From assembly GCF_014851565.1 (NCBI RefSeq), contig NZ_JACVAA010000009.1:50333-82332 (forward strand): 32,000 bases of DNA, read 5' to 3'. This DNA is from Pseudomonas sp. PDM15. GTDB lineage: Bacteria > Pseudomonadota > Gammaproteobacteria > Pseudomonadales > Pseudomonadaceae. Below are positions 24,238 through 32,000 of the stretch, one piece after another (within the stretch, counting starts at the first letter, position 1; each line of letters opens with the position of its first letter). The position numbers and the translations under genes were made by a program. The notes beneath the pieces are model-generated. The model did no database searches and was not told where the DNA came from. It saw only the letters and a program-made list of their open reading frames with translations.

Positions 24238-25329
24238 TTATCTCATACTGCTCGATAGCGTGTTCCCGACCATGGTGACCACCTCAAACAGGTAGGCCAC
24301 GATAGGGAGGGCTGCGGAAGATGCCACCAGGACCAACACCGCCATCTTGGAAAACTCGACCATTGCGTTGACGGTAGCCTCCGCATCCTCCAGCAAGTAA
24401 TTGCTGGCCGTCGTCAGCTGATCATCCGTCTCCATCGTCTGCTCGGAAATCTGCAGCGCTACCTGCAGGAAGATCGGCCATTGGCAACGCGGGTCGCTGG
24501 GGTCGAGCCTCGATGGGTCACAGGCAGCGCCCAGGCCTTTGCCGAGGTTGAGGTCAGCCTGGTAACGCTCAATGCCCTCTCGGAATACTTCCGGTACGGA
24601 CTTCACTGTGATGCCGATCGCTTTCGGCATATCCGAGTAGCCCGCGCGCCACATGAGGGCAAGGTAGCGAGCCCACAGCGCGAAGGAGATGTTCTTGATG
24701 GCATCCCCGAGAAATGGAATACGGAGCACCACGGAGTAGACGCCCATCCGCCCCTGGGGAGTCCGCGCGTAGAAGATCACCGCCCCCACCAGCACGATCA
24801 ACAGGGCCAACATGTAAGGCCCGCTGGTCCGGAAAAGATCCGACAGGGCGACCATGAACTCCATCAGAGCTCCACGCTCGATCGGCCGGCCTCGCGGCTG
24901 AAGCTTCGAAGAAGTCTCTGCCAGAGTTGGAATCACCGCCACGACGAAGCCGATGAAGATGATGATACCGGCCAGGAACATCATCGCCGGCTTGAGCAGA
25001 GACTTTGCAGTCTTGCGCATGCGCTCCTTCATGATCAGCGTGTCGCGGATCTCGAACATTACCGGCGCCATCTTGCCCGACTGCTCGCCAACAACGATGG
25101 CCGCAATGATTTCCTCAGGCAGCAGGCCGGCACACGTTTGCGACAGGTATCGCCCGGAGGCGATCTGAGTCGCCATCTCGGTGAGTTTCTCACTCTGCTT
25201 TGGCAGGAGACTGGACAATCGGCGCAACGCCACATCCAGATCGATTCCTGCACTCAGCAGTGCCCCGAGGTTACGCGTGAACATGATCTGCTCTCTCAGG
25301 GAGAGCATCTTTACCTTCCCGCTCATCAA
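24238..25329 (-). CDS. GspF/PilC-family inner-membrane platform protein, 363 aa
   Basis: Two T2SS-F-type repeats (REQIMFTRNLGALLSAGIDLDVAL and ISFALWARYLALMWRAGYSDMPKAI) separated by and ending in TM helices. ATGA overlap with the ATPase gene. Confidence 0.85.
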   Translation of the reverse strand: MMSGKVKMLSLREQIMFTRNLGALLSAGIDLDVALRRLSSLLPKQSEKLTEMATQIASGRYLSQTCAGLLPEEIIAAIVVGEQSGKMAPVMFEIRDTLIMKERMRKTAKSLLKPAMMFLAGIIIFIGFVVAVIPTLAETSSKLQPRGRPIERGALMEFMVALSDLFRTSGPYMLALLIVLVGAVIFYARTPQGRMGVYSVVLRIPFLGDAIKNISFALWARYLALMWRAGYSDMPKAIGITVKSVPEVFREGIERYQADLNLGKGLGAACDPSRLDPSDPRCQWPIFLQVALQISEQTMETDDQLTTASNYLLEDAEATVNAMVEFSKMAVLVLVASSAALPIVAYLFEVVTMVGNTLSSSMR

Positions 25330-27206
25330 GTGCTCACTCCCGTCAGATCAATCAAACCTTCGTGCAGCGCATCGATCGCCTGGCCCTCCAGGGTGAACGC
25401 CTGCTTTTCAGCAGCCTTGTCGAATTCACCGGCACGCAGCAGCGCTTTCACATCCTTGGTGAAGTCGAGAATGCCGTGTACCGGATAGACCCCGATGTAG
25501 CCAGTGCCCGTGCAGCGATCACATTTGTGGTCAGGTTTTTCGCGGGTGGTTACCGGGAATCTGATCTTGGATTTGTCGATCGACATCTCATCCACATCCA
25601 TTCCGCGCAGAGCCATGCTGTAACGGAACTTTGCCCACTCCGATGGCTCCGGGGCGCGCTGAACGGAGCAAACCGGACAGAGCTTGGGGACAAGCCGCTG
25701 AGTGATGATCATCACCAGGGCCTGCAGCAGGTCATGCTGACGTTCCTCGCTCAGAAGGTGAGCCAGTGAGGTGTACCCTTCCACTGGCTCAGAGGCGTGG
25801 AATGTCGAAAGAACGAGGTGGCCCGTCAGCGCTGCCCGGGTCGCGACTTCGGCGCTTGCCCGCGAACGGATTTCAGAAAGCAGGATCACATCGGGGTCGT
25901 GCCGCAAGAACCCTTCCAAGTAGGGCTCATACACATCTGCACTGGGGAGGCTGAACTGCTCCACACCAATCAGGCTGCGCTCCTTGGGGTCTTCGAGCGA
26001 CAGCCGTTTGACCGTATCCCCGAAGATGAGGTAGTGCTGGCCCAGAAACGCTGCAAGCGTGGTGGACTTACCCGAGTTGGTAGGCCCGACCAGGAGGATA
26101 ATGCCGCGCTTCACGTTGAGGGCTGAGATCAGGTGCTCCTTGACCTTCGGAACGAAGCTGAGCTTGTCGATATCGACAAACCCATCACCGTCCTCCTGCT
26201 CCAGGTAACGAGCCGAGATCGACACCATCTGATCGTCATCGTTGAACGCACTGCGCATGTCACCTGGAATGAATGAGCAGCGCATCTCATAGGTGTTGGT
26301 CTGACCGCGGTAGAAAAGGCGGCCGGTAGAAGGCTTCATCAACCGCGTGCCCGAGGCATTCGCACCGGTGGTTTGCAGCAGGAAATTCGTGACCTCGATA
26401 CGCTCCTGCAGGCTGATACGATAGCTGTGCAGGCGCACCCCATTTTCGCGGTAAAAGATCTCGCCCTCACCCGTTTCGAGAACGCGCAGCGAGAGGTCGG
26501 TGGCTTTTCGAGCCACTCCGGTCTCCAACATGTCGACTGCGATGTTGCGTTCAGTCCCGCGGGTCCGGTCTGCATAGAAGAGTCGGCCGACGTTGTGGCC
26601 GCCCTCACTCCCCCCGTTATCCTTCCGTGCGGCGCGCAGTGGCGTTGCGACCTCCACACGAGGGGCAAAGCCAAAGCGAAGCGCACGCGCTTCGGTGCGT
26701 AGACCTTTGGCCAGAGCGCTGGCGGCCGCTTCTGAGGCGCCGCGCTGGCGGTAGCGAAGCATTTCTTCGTAGCTTGAGAAGACTAGGCAGTTGTCGCCGG
26801 TTGGCATGCTGACAAGCAAGCCAGCGATCGCCTCGCACTCATTGCGAATCGGCTCGGATGCCACCAGCGGGTGCACTGCAAGGGTTTCAGGCAGTTTGGC
26901 GTAATACGGCAGGCGATCCTTGATCGCCATGACCTCGGCTTCGTGCTTGCGTACCTGAGGGTAAACGCGTGCCAGGAACTGGAAGAATGGCTCACGAGGC
27001 TGGGGGGTATCCTTCGGATTCTCCACCTGCTCTTTCGTGAGATAGCCGAGAGCGACGACGATATCCCCAACACGAACGTCGCCCTTGGGGTTGACCTTCG
27101 CGACCTTCAACGCGAACTGGCGGACCGGCTCCGGCGCATCGCCGCCCCAACCCCAGTTAGTGAGGAACTCGCGAGCGAGATCTTCGTTTTGCCCTTCCGT
27201 CATCAA
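25326..27206 (-). CDS. GspE/PilB-family type IV filament assembly ATPase, 626 aa
   Basis: Walker A LLVGPTNSGKSTT, Asp/Walker B box RHDPDVILLSEIRS and His box TGHLVLSTFHA. A tetracysteine motif CPVCS...CDRCTGTGY is present. There is a long N-terminal extension of about 330 aa. ATGA overlap with the upstream gene. Confidence 0.9.
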   Translation of the reverse strand: MMTEGQNEDLAREFLTNWGWGGDAPEPVRQFALKVAKVNPKGDVRVGDIVVALGYLTKEQVENPKDTPQPREPFFQFLARVYPQVRKHEAEVMAIKDRLPYYAKLPETLAVHPLVASEPIRNECEAIAGLLVSMPTGDNCLVFSSYEEMLRYRQRGASEAAASALAKGLRTEARALRFGFAPRVEVATPLRAARKDNGGSEGGHNVGRLFYADRTRGTERNIAVDMLETGVARKATDLSLRVLETGEGEIFYRENGVRLHSYRISLQERIEVTNFLLQTTGANASGTRLMKPSTGRLFYRGQTNTYEMRCSFIPGDMRSAFNDDDQMVSISARYLEQEDGDGFVDIDKLSFVPKVKEHLISALNVKRGIILLVGPTNSGKSTTLAAFLGQHYLIFGDTVKRLSLEDPKERSLIGVEQFSLPSADVYEPYLEGFLRHDPDVILLSEIRSRASAEVATRAALTGHLVLSTFHASEPVEGYTSLAHLLSEERQHDLLQALVMIITQRLVPKLCPVCSVQRAPEPSEWAKFRYSMALRGMDVDEMSIDKSKIRFPVTTREKPDHKCDRCTGTGYIGVYPVHGILDFTKDVKALLRAGEFDKAAEKQAFTLEGQAIDALHEGLIDLTGVST

Positions 27207-28012
27207 GGAACCCTCAATTCGCGTGCAATTTGCCGCGACGTTCCGGCTGCGCGCCGTACGGTAGTCGCGTTAGAAACGAGTGCAACATGCTTGGCCGAGA
27301 CCAGGTTGAAAACCACGGCCCCACCCCAGCGAGAAAATTGATCCGAGCAGTCAAGCGGGGTCTGTTGAAAGACCACCGGTGACGAGCAAGCGGTGTTTAG
27401 ACAAGTGCCGCCGCCGGCGGCACAAACGGTGTTTGCGTTGCCAATGGCAATTGGTCCTCTCGGGAATGTGTCCTTCTCCACAACGGAGTAGCCCCGAGCA
27501 AGCTTTTGCAGCGTGATCTGCATACGCATCGCCTCGTCTGTCAGTAATGACAGGTAGGTCTCTCGCGTTTCGATCAGATCGAAAACCACACCGCTGACCG
27601 GACCGCACCAAGAGGGCGCAGTTGCGAAACCGGCCGTCGCAGAGCATGAATTGCTGCTGACCGCCAAGGGATCCCAGGTGCGATCCCCAAGATCATCCAG
27701 CGCATAAACAAGGGCACGATCGAAGCGCCAAACCCCATCCGAAACGTTCGGCGCAGAAGCCAGATAGACCCGATCAGCGTTCGCCCCTTTGAGCTTGAAA
27801 CCTTCATCAGTAGATGCCAGATCGGCCACGGTTACCGTACCGAGCCCGCCGGTGCGCGCCATGCGCATCCGGAGGGACTCAGAGGCAACTCCCACGTAAT
27901 AGGCGTCAACACGGGCTCGGTGCTCGTACAAGCTTTCCTGAAGCATGAAAGCCACGCCAGCCATGCCGGCGCCCAGGGCAGCAAAGAGAAAAACGATCAC
28001 CAGAACCAGCAT
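27203..28012 (-). CDS. pilin-like bitopic Cys-rich protein without a class III signal peptide, 269 aa
   Basis: It begins directly with a long hydrophobic helix, MLVLVIVFLFAALGAGMAGVAFML. The extracytoplasmic domain has 6 Cys. It sits between the pilin genes and the ATPase gene. No G/F-T-L-x-E cleavage motif is present. Confidence 0.6.
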   Translation of the reverse strand: MLVLVIVFLFAALGAGMAGVAFMLQESLYEHRARVDAYYVGVASESLRMRMARTGGLGTVTVADLASTDEGFKLKGANADRVYLASAPNVSDGVWRFDRALVYALDDLGDRTWDPLAVSSNSCSATAGFATAPSWCGPVSGVVFDLIETRETYLSLLTDEAMRMQITLQKLARGYSVVEKDTFPRGPIAIGNANTVCAAGGGTCLNTACSSPVVFQQTPLDCSDQFSRWGGAVVFNLVSAKHVALVSNATTVRRAAGTSRQIARELRVP

Positions 28013-28022
28013 CGAGAAGCCC

Positions 28023-28637
28023 TTACAGGTCGTAAACCAGGGTTACAGTCGCGTGCGTACCGCCAGAAACTGCGGCGTAACGAACCACACCAGTGGTGCG
28101 GGCCGTAGCGCCGTTGAAGGTCCCTCCTTCACGACTCAGGAAGATCTCCTGAACCAGCTCGGTAGGTACGTTGGTGAACTGAACCCCCATCTGGCGGCTG
28201 CTGATATTGGTCAGACTGATCGCGCTATCGCCCACCTGGTACACGCCAGGCGTACCAGCGGAAGGCTGGGTGATGGTGGTCACCGCATCGGACATGGGGC
28301 GAATACCGGATGTGGCGTAGCGCGGCGCGTAGGTCGCCGAGATGATGCCGGTCACCTTGTCACCCATGATCACCGCATCCAGCAGGTTGTTGCCGGCCGC
28401 GGTCAACGGGTTGGAGGTTACGGCAGTCGGCGCGCGCATCGTCTGGTTCATCATCGACGCCGAGCGCACGATGTTCTGCGCCACGGACATCATTTCCTGA
28501 GCGTTTGCCTTCGAGGAAACGAAGTTGTTGATCAGCGGATAGACGATGGCTGCGATCACACCGATCAGGATGATGGTGATGAGCACTTCCACCAGGGTGA
28601 AACCCTTCTGGTTACGACGGCGATGCTTCTGAATCAT
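28023..28637 (-). CDS. type IV prepilin/pseudopilin (candidate major subunit), 204 aa precursor
   Basis: Class III signal MIQKHRRRNQKG|FTLVEVLITIILIGVIAAIVY, with Gly at -1, Phe at +1 and Glu at +5. ATG 28637 has GAGG 8 nt upstream. The track ORF extends to GTG 28673 or ATG 28670, which would give a 24-25 aa leader. The mature protein is about 192 aa and has no Cys. Confidence 0.85.
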   Translation of the reverse strand: MIQKHRRRNQKGFTLVEVLITIILIGVIAAIVYPLINNFVSSKANAQEMMSVAQNIVRSASMMNQTMRAPTAVTSNPLTAAGNNLLDAVIMGDKVTGIISATYAPRYATSGIRPMSDAVTTITQPSAGTPGVYQVGDSAISLTNISSRQMGVQFTNVPTELVQEIFLSREGGTFNGATARTTGVVRYAAVSGGTHATVTLVYDL

Positions 28638-28672
28638 GGGAATTACCTCGTTGTAGTTGAAACGTGCCATCA

Positions 28673-29716
28673 CTAGAACGTGATGATCAGATCATTGGCA
28701 GCCACCCCTGTCGGCGCAGCGCCAAGACTCACCGACCCATTGATTCGGAGTGCGCCGTAGTGCGGCTCCACGTTGGCACCGTTCGTGCCCAGCGGGTCAT
28801 AATCTCTGCAGTATTGGATCCGGCCACCCCATGGGGTGACACCGTACTGGGCCTGCGGAAGCGCAAGCTTGCTCAGCACATCAACGTTGGCCGCGTCGAG
28901 GTTGTACCAACCATCACGGCAGCCCATGTTCGTCGCGGGGTTGCCGCCAGCGAGGTTCACTGCGGTAGCGCTGGGATAGAAGTTGGTCGTTGCCGTAGGG
29001 GCCGCGCTGATCCTCATCAGGTTGAAGTAGCGCACCAACTCATTCGAAATCTTGCGCATGCGTTCTGCGGTCATATCCAGACGACTGCGCTGCAGCCCGA
29101 GGTTCGAAACAAAGACCGCCCCGAGATCTGGATCCACCACATCCCATGTCTGCCGGTTAGCCGCGGTGAGCGCCGGGCTCTGACCAGGGATGCCCAGGGA
29201 AGCGTTGGGGTTACAGGTACTACCGGTGCGGGCGCATGCAGTCGTGTAGATGACCCCCAACTGATAAGTCAGTGTGGCGGCAGGCCCTGTTGAGCGAAAA
29301 AGCGGGACTGTCTCAGTCAGGCCCGTGACCCGCTGATAAACCCGCACATTGCGCAGCACCGAGGCGTCATCAACGAAACTGGCCGGATCGACCCGACCAC
29401 GACGAATTAAGTCCATCAAGGCCACGTCTGCCGCTGCGGCGCTCGCAGGATTCAGCGGCGCGCTGGTGAGCCCACCGCCGGTATACGGCGCGGGCAAATC
29501 CCCCAATGCACTCTCAGAAGCAGCCCACCCTTCCATCGCAGCGGCGATGGAAGCGTTGGTGCTCTTTTGCCGCTCTCGATACTCCATCTGACCCAGCGCA
29601 CCCATCATCGGGAAGAGCGCAGCCAGAGCCGTTGCGATGACCCCGAGGATCACCACAGCGATCAGCAGTTCGACGATTGTGAAACCACCCTGCTTCGCCA
29701 TTTTACGACCCATCAT
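28673..29716 (-). CDS. large type IV prepilin (candidate tip/minor or adhesin pilin), 347 aa precursor
   Basis: Class III signal [11 protein letters not shown]|[21 protein letters not shown]. The mature protein is about 336 aa with two Cys pairs (CARTGSTC and GCRDGW...YCRD). It is the first gene of the operon. Confidence 0.85.
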   Translation of the reverse strand: MMGRKMAKQGGFTIVELLIAVVILGVIATALAALFPMMGALGQMEYRERQKSTNASIAAAMEGWAASESALGDLPAPYTGGGLTSAPLNPASAAAADVALMDLIRRGRVDPASFVDDASVLRNVRVYQRVTGLTETVPLFRSTGPAATLTYQLGVIYTTACARTGSTCNPNASLGIPGQSPALTAANRQTWDVVDPDLGAVFVSNLGLQRSRLDMTAERMRKISNELVRYFNLMRISAAPTATTNFYPSATAVNLAGGNPATNMGCRDGWYNLDAANVDVLSKLALPQAQYGVTPWGGRIQYCRDYDPLGTNGANVEPHYGALRINGSVSLGAAPTGVAANDLIITF

Positions 29717-29866
29717 AATGCCTACTAATGTTTTTCTTTAGCGTACACGTTACCAAATTGCCGCGCAACGCCGAGCACGCATTTAAAGGCTGCAACGCCC
29801 TTCCTATAAGGCATTTAGTTGGCTACCATGACTACATTGAAATAAGCAAAGTTTCTGGAGCTTGTT

Positions 29867-31552
29867 ATGCAATTCGAATTCAGTCTGAATGACGCCGATG
29901 TACGTCGCCTCGTCGCCGACGCCAAAAGCAGCGCTGATATCAACCTCCTGCGAAGCCATCTGTACCGACTGGTGAACCTGCGGAAGGAAATGGGCATCGC
30001 CATCAGGGAGCAGGCACAGAACCGTAACGACCTGGCCCGGATTGTTCAGACCGCACAGCAGGTGCTGGCGGAAGATCGCAGCACCGGCCTGCTGAGTCTT
30101 TTGGATCGCAAAGGTCTCATCAGCGGCTATCGCACCAAGCTCAAAGCCCAACTCGAAGCCAACCAGGCTCTCGCCAATGCCAACGCGGATTTGCGCAGCA
30201 AGATCTCCAGCGCATCGCAGGCGGTCGGCAGCACCCAAGCCCTACGCGATCAGGTCGGCACGCTGACCCGTCAACTCGCTGACCTGCAGGCTGCCAACCA
30301 GCATGCCCTGCAGCAGCTCGATTTCGCGCGACAAGACGCCGCAATCCGTCCCGCAGCGCTGGCAGCGGAAACCCCGCAAAACGGGCCTGACGAGGCCCTG
30401 CTCCTGACCATTCAGCAGCAGGAAGCCACGATTGCGGAACTCCAACGGCAGCTGGATCAGGCACAGTCGACACTGCAAGATCGTCACCAGGCGCAGGCTG
30501 CAGCTGCTACCCAAGAGGCAGCCGCCAGCACCCCCGAGATCGACCAGATCCGCGATATGTTCGCGCAGCAAGTGAGCGGCTACATGGCCGACAACCTGCG
30601 TCTTACGCGCGAGCTTCGCACCACCCAGGAGACTGTCGACCAGCTCAAAGGAAGCCTGGGCCAGGTCGAAGAACTGCTGGCGACTGCCAATCAAGAGAAC
30701 GCCGATGGCAAGGAACTCACTGCGGCGCTGCAGCAGCAACTGGACGCAGCAGTAGAACAGCGCGCAGGGATCGAGCAGATGCTCTCTCAGCGCGAAGAGG
30801 CCATCACCCTCCTCCAACAGCAGCTGGAGGATGCCCGCTCGGCGCTTCAATCAAGCGAGCAGAATGCCGCTGCCATCCAGACCAAGCTCGAAGGCGCAAT
30901 GGCTGACATCACGCGCCAAGCTGAAACCATCAGCAGCCTGACCCAGGATAAAGATCAACTTCTGGAGCAGGTCGCCGAGCTGGGAAAGCAGAACGGCCTG
31001 AGCCAGGCGCAGATCGCTGAGCTGCAAGAGAACATTCGGAACCACATCGGCCAGATCGAAGCCATTCAGCACGAGCTGGATACGACCATCCAGAACTGGC
31101 AGGAAAGCCAAACCCTGGACCGCCAGAAGATCCAGGATCAGTCGCAAGAAATCAGCCGTCAAAGCACTCAGCTGGAGCAGCTGTCCGCGACCAACCTCCA
31201 CCTTGAGCGCCACCTTGGTATGCTGGAAAATCGCACCGAGCGACTGCTCAGCATTAAGCAAGGCCTGGAGGCTTCCTTGAAAGCCGGTGCCGAAGAGCGT
31301 CAGCGCCTTACCGCGCTGGCCAAGGACACGTCCTACGAATTGCTGGCCGCGCAGCGGCAGAACAAGGCCTTGGAGGCCACTGTTCAGCAGCAGCAATCGC
31401 TGATCAACGATCTAAGCTCGCGCCTGCAGACCGAAAAGAAGGTGATCCACCTGGCAGGGCCTGCAGCTCGCCGTGCTGCGGAAGTCGAAGAAGAGGTTGC
31501 CGAGTTTGAACTGCCTCACCAGCAGGACGAAACTCCCGGCCATCAGATGTGA
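29867..31552 (+). CDS. long coiled-coil protein (SMC/KfrA-like architecture), 561 aa
   Basis: ATG 29867 with TGGAG 8 nt upstream. After an N-terminal domain of about 60 aa, almost the whole protein is Gln/Leu/Ala/Glu-rich heptad-like sequence (e.g. ELQRQLDQAQSTLQD, LLQQQLEDARSALQS). It is divergent from the pilin operon. Confidence 0.8.
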   Translation: MQFEFSLNDADVRRLVADAKSSADINLLRSHLYRLVNLRKEMGIAIREQAQNRNDLARIVQTAQQVLAEDRSTGLLSLLDRKGLISGYRTKLKAQLEANQALANANADLRSKISSASQAVGSTQALRDQVGTLTRQLADLQAANQHALQQLDFARQDAAIRPAALAAETPQNGPDEALLLTIQQQEATIAELQRQLDQAQSTLQDRHQAQAAAATQEAAASTPEIDQIRDMFAQQVSGYMADNLRLTRELRTTQETVDQLKGSLGQVEELLATANQENADGKELTAALQQQLDAAVEQRAGIEQMLSQREEAITLLQQQLEDARSALQSSEQNAAAIQTKLEGAMADITRQAETISSLTQDKDQLLEQVAELGKQNGLSQAQIAELQENIRNHIGQIEAIQHELDTTIQNWQESQTLDRQKIQDQSQEISRQSTQLEQLSATNLHLERHLGMLENRTERLLSIKQGLEASLKAGAEERQRLTALAKDTSYELLAAQRQNKALEATVQQQQSLINDLSSRLQTEKKVIHLAGPAARRAAEVEEEVAEFELPHQQDETPGHQM

Positions 31553-31648
31553 TTGCTGTACACTTTTTAACCATACGCAACCAGGCCATACGACCATTGT
31601 CCCTGGAGGCACAACCCACAGAGTTTTCCACAGGAGTTGTGGATAAGC

Positions 31649-32000
31649 ATGCAGATCAACCCCGTCGACCTGATAGCCGACGAGCTCCTTGCGGGCGCTG
31701 AAGCCCTACCCATCGAGGCGCTCCCCGAGGTCGACGCACGCACCGCAAACGAGATCGCCGCAATAAAAGCGTTCCTCTCCAAGTGGTCGCGGTCTCCGCA
31801 TACGCTACGCCGCTACAGGGTCGAGATAGCTAGGCTGTGGCTTTGGGCTACTGAAAAAGGGCGCATGATCTCAGAGCTGACCTACGAAGACCTGAACGCT
31901 TATCGCGACTTCCTGCAGGATCCTCAACCGCACGAGCGCTGGTGTTCCGGCAAGAAGTACCGCCGCGATTCACCAAACTGGCGACCGTTCGTTTCTGCCC
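31649..32000 (+). CDS. tyrosine recombinase/integrase, N-terminal 117 codons only (continues past right edge)
   Basis: The frame is open from ATG 31649 to the window end; it is absent from the track because no stop is reached. The segment AIKAFLSKWSRSPHTLRRYRVEIARLWLWATEKGRMISELTYEDLNAYRDFL has the pattern of the SAM-like core-binding N-domain of phage-type integrases. The catalytic domain is not visible. Confidence 0.5.
   Translation, partial: MQINPVDLIADELLAGAEALPIEALPEVDARTANEIAAIKAFLSKWSRSPHTLRRYRVEIARLWLWATEKGRMISELTYEDLNAYRDFLQDPQPHERWCSGKKYRRDSPNWRPFVSA

Noticed and set aside
24481-25488. 335-aa plus-strand ORF antisense to the platform and ATPase genes (also 27945..28676 antisense to the pilin genes)
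   Set aside because: These are shadow ORFs opposite genes with unambiguous GspF, GspE and prepilin motifs. They are Arg/His/Gln-rich.
28673-29716. R64-style shufflon at the 3' end of the large pilin gene, with the nearby recombinase acting as an Rci
   Set aside because: I saw no clustered inverted repeats or alternative C-terminal segments. The pilin gene abuts the next pilin gene directly, and the recombinase N-terminus does not resemble Rci as I remember it.
20833-29716. Identification of the cluster as the PAPI-1/pKLC102/R64 pilL-pilV type IVb conjugative pilus
   Set aside because: Gene order and content differ. There is no PilL/PilN lipoprotein-secretin pair, no PilT-like transglycosylase and no PilU peptidase. 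The pilins precede the ATPase, and a GspL-like gene follows the platform gene.
30242-31396. Two long minus-strand ORFs (202 and 181 aa) opposite the coiled-coil gene
   Set aside because: They are Leu-rich mirror images generated by the CAG/CTG-rich coiled-coil coding sequence. They have no SDs and no independent support.
1-32000. tRNA, rRNA and CRISPR arrays, or large direct or terminal repeats
   Set aside because: None was seen on reading the intergenic regions. The only repeated elements found are the short operator-type palindromes reported above. A computational repeat and tRNA scan would still be worthwhile.

Overview
GC-rich DNA, Pseudomonas-like judged by eye from composition and codon usage only. 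It reads as the interior plus one edge of an integrated mobile element. I call 50 protein-coding genes (2 partial at the window edges). I saw no rRNA, tRNA or CRISPR array. Layout: (i) 1-6140 holds leftward operons of small hypothetical genes, including a GIY-YIG fusion protein, interrupted by a rightward hipA kinase-toxin gene with no hipB. (ii) 6255-10729 holds eleven rightward small genes of unknown function. (iii) 10756-13600 is a leftward operon: TGT/DpdA-like protein, beta-class DNA methyltransferase, two small genes. (iv) 13656-14986 encodes two envelope proteins. (v) 14987-16485 is an AbiEi/AbiEii toxin-antitoxin (abortive infection) pair wedged in stop-to-stop, followed by an unknown two-gene operon with a clean terminator. 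(vi) 18350-20816 holds small genes including an ASCH-domain protein. (vii) 20833-29716 holds a small winged-helix gene plus a ten-gene leftward type IV filament (pilus/T2SS-like) operon. That operon has two prepilins, a pilin-like Cys-rich protein, a GspE/PilB ATPase, a GspF/PilC platform and GspL-, GspM/PilO- and PilP/GspC-like proteins, but no secretin, prepilin peptidase or retraction ATPase. (viii) 29867-31552 encodes a 561-aa coiled-coil protein, and 31649->32000 is the 5' part of a tyrosine recombinase gene. Most interesting are four things. First, the compact secretin-less filament operon, whose gene order fits no classical pil/tcp/bfp/msh/tad/gsp layout I know. Second, two families of palindromic operators that exactly fill the -35/-10 spacers of sigma70-like promoters (TAGGCACnnGTGCCTA x3 and AGTTCTGTT-N-AGAAC x3). 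Third, a TGT/DpdA-like plus methyltransferase candidate DNA-modification operon. Fourth, a recurring CxxC...[FYV]CSxxC zinc-ribbon signature in four otherwise unrelated proteins. All functional calls come from motifs read by eye; no database search was possible.
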